NCBI GenBank assembly: GCA_043228905.1
Contig: JBHGNT010000009.1
Coordinates: 17,670,001-17,734,000, forward strand
Source: Azolla caroliniana
Taxonomy: Eukaryota; Plantae; Polypodiophyta
Reading direction: 5' to 3'
DNA: 64,000 nt
The position numbers and the translations under genes were made by a program. Below the pieces are notes generated by a model that ran no database searches, was not told the origin of the DNA, and worked only from the letters and a program-made list of their open reading frames with translations. This document shows positions 24,611 through 36,533 of this stretch, one piece after another; positions within the stretch are counted from its first letter, which is position 1; each line of letters opens with the position of its first letter.

Positions 24611-25532
24611 TGAGTCCAGCCAAAATAGGAGCCGTTTGGTTGGACAGCAGCCCTAGATCTGTACAGCCCATTAGTGGTTCCATTCCCTCCAAGCAAGTTA
24701 GCAATGTGTTCCTAACCCAAGTCATTGTTAGTACTAAAAGTACTCCCCCAGTACCCGTCCTAGCACTTTTAGATTCCAGAGCTAATTCCTGTTTCATGGA
24801 TCGAAATTTTGCCCAAGCTTCTCAGATATCCTTAAGAAAACTTCCTTGTCCCGCATCTGTAGTCATTGATGGTCGTCCCATTGCTTCCGGGAATATTGTA
24901 GAAGAATTAGAACCCATTCAAGTTGTCCTAGGTAGCTTTGTGTGTGTAGTATCATTTAATATAATTAGTAGTCCAGAGCATCCCATTGTCCTAGGATTAC
25001 CTTGGTTTGAATTACATAATCCAGCCATAGATTGGAGAACAAGAGAAGTCCGATATCGACCACCCCAAGAATCTACTCACCAAGTTTCGACCATTTCACT
25101 CCATCAATTACGCGAAGAAGGACACAAGGAGGCAATGTCCCTATTTGCAATATCAGTACATCCTTCCAGCACTATTAAGAAGGACTCCTCAGTACAACTT
25201 CCGGCAAAATATCATCCTTATGCCAATGTATTTGACAAAGTAAAAGCCGGTACCCTTCCTCATCACCGTCCCTATGACTGTCCCATTGATTTACAACCAG
25301 GAACCGAGCCACCATGGGGACCAATTTACAACTTGTCACCCACCGAGTTAGAAGTCCTTCGAGCCTACATAGAGGAGAACTTGGCAAGCGGGTTCATCCG
25401 TCATTCGAAATCTCCGGCCGGTGCACCCATCTTCTTTGTCAAGAAGAAAGATGGCTCACTTCGTCTCGTCGTTGATTACCGCGGATTGAATAAGGTCACC
25501 ATCCGGAATAGGTATGCACTTCCTCTTATATC
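24610..25532 (+). pseudogene. pol: chromovirus pol, 5' part (protease, start of RT)
   Basis: [46 protein letters not shown]. Confidence 0.92.
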
Positions 25533-26031
25533 TATTGTATGTTTTTAGGGTTAGGGTTAAGGATGATGATAATCATGATAAAGATAGACATGGCGGTTAT
25601 GATGATGATGGAGAGTATGGGATTGATGGCGAGAGAGATCATGTGCATTGAGAAGCATTGCGGGGTGGGGGGTGGTGCCTAGAATGGCTCCACCCCCCTC
25701 CCAAGGGGATTCAACATTGAGGGGGAGAGAGAGAGAAAGAGAGAGAGAGATTGAGAGAGAAAATGATCATTCATGTTTCATTCATTCCCCATAAGGGGTT
25801 AAATAGTACAAGAGGGGGTAGATACATAGGGGTGTAAGCCCCATTGAGCATTCATACTGGACAGTCACTCACACCTCCTCATATCCATCCACATGCACAC
25901 ACGTGTGCATGTGTTCACATACGTATAGACTCACAACTACATTTATACCCCCTACACATACACAACATCATGATAACATTCGACCCTCGCTCATCACACT
26001 TGACTCTCCGTACATCTTGTACAGGGTAACA
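25533..26031 (-). repeat. LTR (left copy)
   Basis: TATTGTATG...GGGTAACA; outer TG mutated to TA. Confidence 0.92.
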
Positions 26032-26036
26032 CAATA

Positions 26037-26052
26037 TGGCACGCCCGTGGGA
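26037..26052 (+). other. PBS-like site, tRNA-Arg(TCT) type
   Basis: TGGCACGCCCGTGGGA, 5 nt inside the left LTR; recalled complement of plant tRNA-Arg-TCT 3' end is TGGCACGCCCGGTGGGA. Confidence 0.75.
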
Positions 26053-27970
26053 AAGTGCCTTGCACGTCGATCCCACATGCCTTGATGATGATATTTCTTC
26101 GACCGGAATTTCCATCGGTCCTTTCATTGATCGACTCCCTCGATCAGAGTGCTTGACTCGAACATCTTTGTCGGTCAATGACTCTTCTACGACACGAACA
26201 TTCTCGTTCTGTCGACTTACGAACTTTGGTAACATCATTTGGGTCGTCAAAAAACATTGTATGTATGTGTGTTCTTCTTTATATCTTGTGAGTCACGTGT
26301 GGATCACATCCATTTCTTTTAGGTTGATGAGTTTTTGAAATTCCGTTGGTGCCTTTCAGTTTTGAAAATTCTAGTATGTACCCTCATGTTTTTAAAATTT
26401 TGCACATGCCCTTAGGTTTTTTTCGAAATTCCTTGGATGCTTTTTATCCTTCTCTTTTTCTCCCACTCTTTTTTCTGTTTTCTCTTCTTTCTCTTCCTGT
26501 ATGCGGATCTCGTCTTGTCTCTGTCAAAGACAGTTCTTGTTTCTCTCTTCTTCTTCTACGACCACCACTATTTCTTCGTTGTGTGTCCATTGCTTGTTCT
26601 ACGTCTGTCCATTGTTCAGCACATCCAATCATCGCCACTTCATCCGACAGCCTTCTTACAATCGCACCGCCGGTTCGGCCGCTCTAGCCGTTGTCTAGCC
26701 GCTCCCTATCGCCATCTCGGTCACCGTCTTTGTCCAACATGTCTCTATTTCCGTCTCTGGCTCCATTGTCGTTGTCGTCTCCATCTATTGTCGTTGGCTG
26801 ACTTCTCTATCGTCGTCAACGGCCTTGTTGGCCGAGGTTCATTGCTTGGCTGCTCTATTTGGTCTTCATACGGATGACGTTAGACTGCCGTTGTGGCCGT
26901 TGTTGTGTGGCCATTCAGGCTCTCTGGCTCCTGTCCGGCCGCTCCCGACCATTCTGTGCGCTCCGACTGTTGTCCGGTCAGTTTGGCCGCTCCGATTGTT
27001 ATCCGGATAGTTTGGCCGCTCTTCGTTTTCCGATCCGGTAGTCCTATTTGGCCCATTTTGACGTGTCTATAGCCGTTGCTCATCCGTCTTTGTTCGGGCC
27101 ATTCTGGACACTCCGGCCGTTTCTCCATCTCTGTCCCGTGTCGCCATTCTGGTTGTTATCGACCGTTCTTCCGCTCCTATCTGGCCACACCGGCTTCTCT
27201 TTTGCCGTTGTGCGGCCACATTGGCCACTTTTGTGCATTCTGGCCGCTTATCCGGATGTCTGTCCGTTGTCTTTTGGCTATGCGTCTAGTCCGTCTTCTC
27301 GGTCATCTGTCCGGTTCTTTCCTACCCGTTTTCGGTTGTGTCGCTTGAGTTTGTATGCTTCCTTTTCGCCTGGCCATTCGTCTCTGTCTGTGCTTGTGAA
27401 GTCTAGCTTGTCCGGTTGCCTCGTTTTGTTTTGATATTGTGTAGTTAGTCGTCCATGTCTTTTGGGCGTTGTCAATTTTTCTGGACTTCAATGTCTCGTC
27501 AACGACAGCGTCTCCTTCTCTGTCTACATTGGCCCGTCTATGTTAACCAACTTTGGGTCTGGTTCCGATTCCGGTTCCGACTCTCTCTGTGTTGCTTCGT
27601 TTGGAACCATCTCTCGTGCATTCTCAGCACATTTTGCCGGCCTCCGCTCCACACACTGCGTCTTCCACTGCAGTCTCCAGGTGGGCTTCTCTTTCCGGTC
27701 ATGATGGCGTTGGTTCCCTCTGCGTCGTTGTTTGTCCAGACGTGCATCTTGCACCACGCATTCAAAACACACACATTGTCGCTAACCGCTTTCGGAACCA
27801 CGCACATTGACACATTGACTCACACAAAACATTGTTTCCATTTCTGCATTCCTCCATAGATAACATCTTCACCGTCATTTTCACGTTTCGCTATCTCTTG
27901 CACTTAGTCGCTATGGTTTGCACATCCGCATATCATTCTTCAACTTCGTCTCCAAAGGGGGGTCGCCTTA

Positions 27971-27980
27971 GTGATCGCCA
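27971..27980 (-). other. PBS-like site, tRNA-Arg(TCG/CCG) type
   Basis: Reverse complement TGGCGATCAC, 5 nt inside the right LTR; can pair with a tRNA end GUGGUCGCCA using one G-U. Confidence 0.6.
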
Positions 27981-27985
27981 AAAGG

Positions 27986-28484
27986 TGTTGTATGTTTTTA
28001 GGTTTAGGGTTAAGGATGATGATCATCATGATAAAGATAGACATGGTGGTTATGATGATGATGGAGAGTATGGGATTGATGGCGAGAGAGATCATGTGCA
28101 TTGAGAAGCATTGCGGGGTGGGGGGTGGTGCCTAGAATGGCTCCACCCCCCTCCCAAGGGGATTCAACATTGAGGGGGAGAGAGAGAGAAAGAGAGAGAG
28201 AGATTGAGAGAGAAAATGATCATTCATGTTTCATTCATTCCCCATAAGGGGTTAAATAGTACAAGAGGGGGTAGATACATAGGGGTGTAAGCCCCATTGA
28301 GCATTCATACTGGACACTCACTCACACCTCCTCGTATCCAGCCACATGCACACACGTGTGCATGTGTTCACATACGTATAGACTCACAACTACATTTATA
28401 CCCCCTACACATACACAACATCATGATAACATTCGACCCTCACTCATCACACTTGACTCTCCGTACATCTCGTACGGGGTAACA
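27986..28484 (-). repeat. LTR (right copy)
   Basis: TGTTGTATG...GGGTAACA. Confidence 0.92.
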
Positions 28485-31141
28485 ATATCAAGTCTTTTAG
28501 AGTGAGTTAATGGTGCCAAGTTTTTCACCAAAATCGATCTACGAGGAGCGTATAACCTCGTGTGGATCCGACCGGGAGATGAATGGAAGACCGCCTTTCG
28601 CATGCGGTATGGGCATTTCGAGTATACTGTTATGCCGTTCAGCCTAACCAATGCACCCGCAGTCTTCCAACACATGGCAAATGATATATTAAGAGACCTC
28701 TTGGATATCTGTTTGATCATCTATCTGGATGATCTACTGATTTATTCGAAGACCCAAGAAGAGCACGATTCTCATGTACTATTAGTACTAAAGTGACTCC
28801 GCGAGAATGGTCTTTATGCCAAGCTAGAAAAATGTAGCTTTGACTGCAACCAAGTGGAATTTCTAGGCTACGTCATCTCCTCAAAGGGCATCGACATGGA
28901 TCCAGCTAAAGTCCAAACTGTACTAGAGTGGCAAATTCCACGGTCGGTACGAGATGTACAATGTTTTCTAGGTTTTGTTAACTTCTACTATAAGTTTATA
29001 CAGGATTACTCGAAGATTATTTTACCTCTCACAAAACTTACGAAGAAGGGACAAACATTTCTTTGGTCCAATGAAGCAGATATGGCTTTTCGGCATCTTA
29101 AGAAAGCCTTTACATCAACACCGATTCTAGCTCATGTGGATACAAGCAAACCATTCATCATGGAGGCCGACGCATCAGATTTCGTCCTCAGGAGTATCCT
29201 TTCTCAACAAGGAGATAAAGAAGAGTTACATCCTGTGGCTTTCCATTCGCGCAAATTCGATGTCGCGGAAATGAACTATGAAATACATGACAAGGAGTTA
29301 TTAGCCATCGTGGATTCATTTGTGCAATGGCGGCATTTCTTAGAGGGCTCTCCACATCAGGTCATTGTCTTTAGTGATCATAAAAATCTTGCTTATTTCC
29401 AGAACGCCCGCATACTAAATCGACGGCAAGCTCGGTGGGCACAATTCCTCATGCATTTCGACTTCAAAATCACATATCGATCGGGGAAGCAGCAAGGAAA
29501 AGCAGATGCACTATCACGGCGTTCATATCTTGCACCTCGTCCTGGAGATCCAGCATTTGATAATCAAAAGCAAGTAATCTTGGGACCAACACGATTGCAC
29601 ACGACACGGATTTTTCACACCCCGATGGATTCACAGATTACCGATCACATACGTGCAAACTTGAAGACGGATAGTTTTGCTCAAGACATCCTGGCGCACA
29701 TTGATACTTCTCGGGCATCCTGTTCTCAGTCTCAACAACTAGGTATTGACTACCAACAATTCGAATATCATGATGGTTTGTTATTCTTTAAAAAGCGTGT
29801 ATATGTCCCCGATTGCTCCTGTCGCCTTCAAATCGTCAAGAATTGTCACAACACCCATACGGCGGGACATTTCGGTAGTACTAAGACGTTGGAGCTAGTG
29901 CAACGATCTTTTTGGTGGCCCCACATGCGCCGTTTTTTCGACGACTACGTTCGGACCTATGATGCTTGTTGCCGAGCAAAGATGCCACGACACCATCCAT
30001 ATGGCTTGTTGGAACCCTTACCGATTCCAAGTAAGCCGTGGCAGTCTATTTGTCTTGATTTTATCACAGATCTGCTGATCTCGAAGGGGTTCGATGCTAT
30101 CTTAACCGTCGTTGACCGATATACGAAGATGGCATATTTTGTGTCGTGTACTAAGGCCATCACTAGCGAGGAAACCGCCGCCCTTGTCATGCGTGAGGTA
30201 TTTCGGCATCATGGCCTCCCAAACAGTATCATCAGTGACCGAGGACCGCAATTTGTCTCCAAATTTTGGCAGCATCTCTTCAAGATGCTCAAGGTCTCTT
30301 GCAACCTCTCCTCCGGCTACCATCCTCAAACCGATGGGCAGGCGGAACGAACAAACCAAACGCTAGAGCAATATCTCCGGTGTTTCCTGAGTTATCAACA
30401 GGACGATTGGGCCGAGATTCTCCACTTTGTGGAGTTTGCGTATAATAATGCTATTCACTCCTCGGCTCGGCTCTCCCCATTTTTCGCTTATACCGGTTTC
30501 CATCCTCGCTGGTCGGTGATCGACACCCCAGAGCTACCTACCAACCCTCGTGCAAGGATCATTTGGAGAGGCTATGCAAGATCCAGATGGATCTCTCTAC
30601 TCACCTTTGTCATGCTCAACACACACACACACAGAAGATTTATGTGGATCGTCATCGGATTCCCTCCTCTTTTGCCATCGGAGATCGAGTATGGCTCTTA
30701 CGTCGTCAAATCAAGACTACTCGACCGTGCTACAAGTTGGATTATCGACAACTCAGCCCTTTCCGTATTACGGGTAAGGTTAATGATATCACATTTCGCC
30801 TTGATCTCCCTCCGCAGGTTCAAATACATCCGGTTTTCCATTGTTCTCTTCTTGAACCTTATAAAGCAAACACCATTCCCAATCGTGTTACACCACCACC
30901 GCCCCCGCTGGAGTTGGACGTCGGCCCGGAGTATGAAGTTGCTGCCATCCTCGATTCCAAACTTGTTCACAACAACCTTTATTATTTGGCCAATTGGCTC
31001 AGTTATAGTCCGAGCGAACGTACTTGGGAACCCTTCGAGCATGTTGCCAATGCTCAGGATCTTCTTGCTGATTTCCACCGAAAGTATCCGAACAAACCAG
31101 GTCCACAATCAACACTGACTCATTCCACTCGTCGTCTTTAA
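28485..31141 (+). pseudogene. pol: chromovirus pol, 3' part (RT, RNase H, integrase, chromodomain)
   Basis: ORFs 28560-28796, 28854-31118 and 30563-31141; stop near 28794 and frameshift near 30550. Confidence 0.93.
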
Positions 31142-31152
31142 GGGGGAGATAG

Positions 31153-31593
31153 TGTGATGATATGGCAAGACTCAAACCCATGACCTTATGCTACATGGGT
31201 CGAGCTCTTACCATTAGACTATGAATTGTAATTTGAAGGATATTATTTTCATTTATGTTTTATCATAGAAAATTGATGTATATTCCAGATCTCTCTGGAA
31301 CGTTCTAGAAGCTTCAGGATTATTCCTAAAACACTATAAAAGGAGGCACAAGGCATTGTTTTGAACCAAATTGGTTCAACACCAGTCTTAAGCCTCTTAG
31401 CCATTTTGTACTTATCTTTCGCATAATATATTGGCTGTTATCATCATCTCTCTCTCTCTCATCCTCGCTATCTCTCTTTTCTCTTCTCTCTTTCTCTCTC
31501 TCGGGAGTCTTACGCAGTCCCGTCCTCTTAGTACTAATAGTACTACTCTTCTTTAGTATTAATTCCATCTTTGCTTTGGTACTATTCCTGACA
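31153..31593 (+). repeat. chromovirus 3' LTR
   Basis: Follows PPT AAGGGGGAGATAG; direct repeat of 22944-23387. Confidence 0.92.
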
Positions 31594-32014
31594 ATAGAAT
31601 CATATTCTATGACACATAACTTATGAGCTTTCACATTCCCCATGCTCCATGAGCCTTGTAGTTAATGAAGAGAGAGGGTGACTACATAAAGCACCCTCCT
31701 CCCACCTTGTAGAGTGTTGAGTCTTTCTCCTTTGTTAATATACTTTTACCTTGCGTATTCCGTGTGTTTCACTCTCTCTCTCTCTCTCTCTCTTACACAC
31801 ACACATAACTCACATCTCTTCCGCTTCACAAGAATCCATCTTTTGATTCTTTACACCGTATCAAAGCGATTTGGTAGCTCGATCTAGCCCATTCGCCTCA
31901 TCGTAATCGTGTGTGGTGCTCTACGCTGACAACCAAGAACCGGCTCATAGCTATCGTAGCTTTGTTACATAGTTTGCATTCGAAGAGAGAAGAAGAAGAA
32001 GAAGAATCAACATA

Positions 32015-34206
32015 ATGAATACTCAAATGGGGAGCGCTCTCCCTACTAAGAAGTTGGATCGAAACAACTTTGCATCTTGGGAGTACAAGATGCACCAATA
32101 CCTTGTCGGACAAGGCTATTGGAGCTACATCAAAGGAGCGCACGAAGACCGACCCGCCGAAGCGGCTCCTGAATACACGACATGGGAGCAAGCCGCAAGC
32201 CGCGTGATGTATTGTTTGGCGACATGTGTTCACGACCACATGCTCGGTTACATTCGAGAAGCCAAGACGCCGAAGGAAGCATGGGAAAATCTACGAAAGA
32301 TTTTTGCCGCCAACACGACCGCGAGGAAGCTTCAACTCCACCAAGAATTGAACAACATTCAACAATGGGACATGTCCATCACAACATACACCTTGAAGAT
32401 CAAGGAGCTTTGCGACTCGCTCAACTCAATAAGCGTAAGTATAGATGATGATGATGAGATGGTGCAAATATGCCTCGGCGGCCTCGCACCACGGTTCGGC
32501 GCGATGCGAACCGCCGTTCTAGCATGGGAGAAATCTCCCTCCTTCTTCGAGCTCCAATCAATTCTATTGGTCGAAGAAAACCACATGCGTACAAGGAGCA
32601 ATGAGTCGGAAGGCCACATGCTCTACACGCACTCTAATGGAGGAATAGGACGCGGACGAGCGAGAGGCCGATTCGGCCAAGGACAAGGCGGACGAGGTCC
32701 GACCTACGACAACAACTCCCAATTTCAGCCGCAAAACGGAGACCAACGAGGAACCTTCGCAAGAAGGGGGAGCTTCGACTCCGGCCCGAGCCGTCAAAAC
32801 GCAACTGAATGCGGATATTGCGGAAAGCTCGGCCACCACGAAGAAGAGTGCCGAAAGAAGATGTGTGAATCGGCTTCCACAAGCCGAGAACTCACGAATT
32901 ACGCACACAACTCCGACTACGAATATTGTTGCGGAATGTATGCACACAACTCCGACTGTGGCGAAATGTACGGGCACAACTCCAACTACGAAGATCATGG
33001 CGGAATGTATGGGCACAACTCCGACCGTGGCGGAATGTTCATGATGAAACATAGAGCAAACTCTATGTCGGCCGCTACCTCAACTAGTGCCTCCGGTCCG
33101 GAAGACGTATGGTTCGTCGATTCCGGTGCCTCGAACCATATGACATCGCATCAAGAATGGTTCCGAGAACTTCGAGAGCCGGACCGACTCGGCTATGTCG
33201 AAACCGGAGACGACACTACGCACCCGATTCGGCACATTGGCAATGTTCCGTTCGGAAAAGAAGGTAAGCAAAATTACATTAAAAATGTCTTGCATGTACC
33301 GACCATTACAAAGAATTTGGTCTCCATCGGCCAAATTGTAGAGCAAGGGATGCAATTTCGATTTAATCAAGGCGGTTGATTCATCGAAAAAGAGGGCCGA
33401 CTCATCGCATGCGGACGAAGAGAGGGCTGGATGTTCATACTTGATTCACGCGAGTTGAAATCCACCATGTTCGTGAAAAACACGAAAGCCGACTCCAACA
33501 TAGAGCTATGGCACAAGTGAATCAGCCACATCAATCTCAACAAACTCAAACCAATGAAATCGAAAGGATTCGTCATCGCACTCCCGACATTCAAAGAGAA
33601 GGAGATTGAAGGTGTATGCGAAGCGTGCCAATTCGGCAAGCAACACCGACACCCATTCCTGAAAGAGCGGAACGTGAGCAAAGGTCTACTCGACGTAGTC
33701 CATTCCGACATATAGGGACCGGCGCAGACGGCTACATTCGGCGAATGCCGATATTACGTGCTCTTCATCGACGACTTCTCTAGGCACACTTGGATCTACC
33801 CGACGCGGCAAAAGAGCGAAGTGTTCGGACACTTCCAAAATTTCAAGAATAAAGTCGAGAAAGCCACCGGCCGACATGTACGATGCCTTCGATCGGATGG
33901 CGGCAAGGAGTACTTCTCGGACGATTTCACGGCGTACCTCTGAAAGGAAGGAGTTCGGCGAGAATTCACTTCCCGACACACTCCGCAACAAAACGGAATA
34001 GCCGAGCGCAAAAATCGGCACATCATCGAAGTAGCGCGAGCAATGATGAACAAGAAGCATATGCCCAAGTCATATTGTGCCGAAGCTGCAAATACGGCCG
34101 TCTACCTAATGAACCAATGCACAACATCCGGCATGCACAAGGTCACTCCGCACAAAAAATACTTTGGAAAGAAGCCGGACTTATCGCACACCCGGATATT
34201 CGGCGC
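32015..34206 (+). pseudogene. gag: copia gag-protease-integrase (5' part)
   Basis: ORF 32015-33379 (KLDRNNFASW, CGYCGKLGHHEEEC, WFVDSGASNHM), then integrase with stops ([16 protein letters not shown]). Confidence 0.92.
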
Positions 34207-34947
34207 TGTTGTAGTGTATTCCACACACTACGTGAAAACCATAAAATAATATAACCGATTTAATTACATATAAATAAATAAAATAAGAATATCAAAATAT
34301 TTATCATGTGCATAGGGCAAGATTCAAACCCTATACCTCCATGTAGCCAAACCTCAACTTTACCATTATGCTACCTTATCTTTAGTGTTCTACAAATAGA
34401 TTTAATAACTATAAGTGCTTTATTTGCGCCTACCTTTATTAAAAGGTAAATCATGCATTTTTAGAGTGCGTGAATATTTTATAGAAAAACGCAAGCAACT
34501 AAAAAGTGACTCATGCACATCTAGTGTGCATGAGCACTATATTTAGCAAATAAAAGCAAGGATTAGAAAAGCATCACATGCACATTTAGTGTGCATGAAC
34601 ATATTAGAAAAAAAAGCATGTAGCTATGCTAAGACTCCCTCATCACTACATAAGGATGGGGAGCACAATGTAATAGGTGTGTGAAATATTTGGAAATTGG
34701 ATATATTTCCGAAAACACCAACCAATTAATATAATCGTGGGATTCACGAATTTTGCCATCTAAATTACTCTTATAATCTAAATATTGTTTTAAATACACT
34801 AAACTCGTGGGATTCACGAGATTGCTATCTTACTTCTCTTTATACCTATTCTTTACTAGCCTTATTTGTATTTTTCTTCCTCCTAGTCCAAAACCTCGAC
34901 GGTTCCCACCCGACTCACGCAACGATCCGGAGCCGAAAGGCACGACA
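34207..34947 (+). repeat. gypsy 5' LTR
   Basis: TGTTGTAG...CACGACA. Confidence 0.92.
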
Positions 34948-34951
34948 CAGT

Positions 34952-34968
34952 TGGTGAACCCGACGTGA
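34952..34968 (+). other. Primer binding site, tRNA-Trp
   Basis: TGGTGAACCCGACGTGA is complementary to the plant tRNA-Trp 3' end TCACGTCGGGTTCACCA. Confidence 0.9.
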
Positions 34969-35057
34969 AGGCGGGTGGCAAGGAGATGGAGAATCAACAA
35001 GAGGCGATGAACATGATGATGATGATGGTTGAGCGGATGCAATGAGAACAACGTGCG

Positions 35058-36533
35058 ATGTCGGAGATGAAGTCGGCCGTAGAGCGGCTTGTGCAACGAA
35101 ACGGGCAATTCAACGGAAATGATGTGTCACGCTATCTACATGACTACAAGACGGAGATGATGCGATGTGGAATACCGGAAAGATTGCAAGTGATATCTTT
35201 CAGTCGGGTAGCCACGGATGAGTTACAAGAAAGAATCTACAAGATACGGCAACAAAACCCAACATGGGGGTCCTTTGAAGGAGCTTTACGAGAGGCATAT
35301 GATTACGATAGACCAAAGGGACGAGATCGGCGAGAGTTTGATGAATGGGTGGCATCGGAGAAGACCCACCGAAGTGCAACACAAGCATTCCTAGAGTTCG
35401 AGCATCGTTTTGCTCGAATCTCGAAGCGGGAACAAAGATTGTTGGGGGAGGATAAAGTCCTAATGTTCGTAAAATCGATCGATCGAAAAGAAAGGATGGA
35501 CATCGGGATTGAACTCGAAGACGATGACTGTACGAATGGTCTTACCGAAGATTGGGCCGAAGTCCAAAGGGTATGCCGGAGACATGATGAGAGGAAGATG
35601 AGAATCTTGTCAACGACATGGCCAATGAAGGATGGTCGATTGAAGACAAACGATGGAGCCGATATGAAGGCCGAAATACAACATGATGGTGTGACGGAAG
35701 AGGGTGTAAAACAAGCTACCCTCTTGTCTTGCGAAAGAACAACGACGAAGGGTAAGGCCGATAACCCAAGTGTAGAAGAAGATTTCAGAATACAAGTGTC
35801 CGAAACATCGGGTGAAAAAGGGGTAAGCATAATTGATGTTTGCATAATTGATGCAGTGAAAGAGAGCAAGGAGGACTTGATTGAGGAGGTCACCACGAAA
35901 GATGACATCGAATCGAAGGTGGCTATGGACGAATCAACGACGGATGGCCATATCGAGACTTCCCCACCACTGATTCCAGAGACTCCGGCGGTTGAGTTCG
36001 AAAGGCAACGTGAGACCGAAGAGACGGAAGGTGGCGGAGAGAAAACAAAGGTCGAAGCCGATGCGTATGACGGAGAGAGAGCCAAGAATATGGCTATGGG
36101 TGAAACAACGGAGGATGATAATACCGAGGATTCCTACCCACTAATTCTAGAGACTTCAGCGGTTGTGTTCAAGAACCAACGTGAGACCGGAGAGACGGGA
36201 GGTGGCAGCAAGAAAGGTAAAGTCGGAAGCCGGTTCGGATGGAAGGTGATCCAGACGGGATTCCGATCCGAAAGAAAGCCGAACCGGGTAAAAGAGGATT
36301 CGATCGAAAGTCGACCCGAAAGAAAGCCGAACCGAAAGGAAGAGAATTCGACCGAAAAACGACACAAACGAAAGCCGAACCGGGCGAATGAGGATTTGGC
36401 CGAAAGACGAACCGAAAGAAAGCCGACTCGGATGGTTCGCAGTATCCGATCCGATTCGGAGCAAAGGTTCTCAACGAAAGGCAACGAGGATATGCACAAG
36501 TCAAAAGAGAACTGTGGGGAGTCGTGTCGGTGA
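35058..36533 (+). CDS. gag: gag-like ORF (491 aa) with acidic, repetitive C-terminal half
   Basis: Open 491 codons directly after the PBS; FNGNDVSRYL...TWGSFEGALREAY capsid-like pattern. Confidence 0.7.
   Translation: MSEMKSAVERLVQRNGQFNGNDVSRYLHDYKTEMMRCGIPERLQVISFSRVATDELQERIYKIRQQNPTWGSFEGALREAYDYDRPKGRDRREFDEWVASEKTHRSATQAFLEFEHRFARISKREQRLLGEDKVLMFVKSIDRKERMDIGIELEDDDCTNGLTEDWAEVQRVCRRHDERKMRILSTTWPMKDGRLKTNDGADMKAEIQHDGVTEEGVKQATLLSCERTTTKGKADNPSVEEDFRIQVSETSGEKGVSIIDVCIIDAVKESKEDLIEEVTTKDDIESKVAMDESTTDGHIETSPPLIPETPAVEFERQRETEETEGGGEKTKVEADAYDGERAKNMAMGETTEDDNTEDSYPLILETSAVVFKNQRETGETGGGSKKGKVGSRFGWKVIQTGFRSERKPNRVKEDSIESRPERKPNRKEENSTEKRHKRKPNRANEDLAERRTERKPTRMVRSIRSDSEQRFSTKGNEDMHKSKENCGESCR

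Larger units (their letters stand above)
25533..28484 (-). mobile_element. Non-autonomous LTR retroelement (2952 bp), no recognisable coding domain
   Basis: 499-bp direct repeats 25533-26031 and 27986-28484; 5-bp TSD ATATC (25528-25532, 28485-28489); splits RT at ALPLIS/SLLE. Minus orientation is inferred from TATTTAA followed by a CT-rich tract. Confidence 0.93.
22944..31593 (+). mobile_element. Ty3/gypsy chromovirus (Tcn1/Tf1-like) with a nested insertion
   Basis: LTRs 22944-23387 and 31153-31593; gag with PMEID motif, PR LLDSRA, RT IIYLDD, RNase H EADASD/HDKELLAI, INT YHPQTDGQAER, chromodomain EYEVAAILDS...TWEP. Confidence 0.95.

Noticed and set aside
26053-27970. Hidden gag or other gene inside the non-autonomous element
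   Set aside because: Only short low-complexity ORFs on both strands, with no gag, zinc-knuckle or pol motif that I can recognise; an HMM search would settle it.
35303-36085. 260-aa antisense ORF
   Set aside because: Ser-rich mirror of the purine-rich gag ORF; no independent support.
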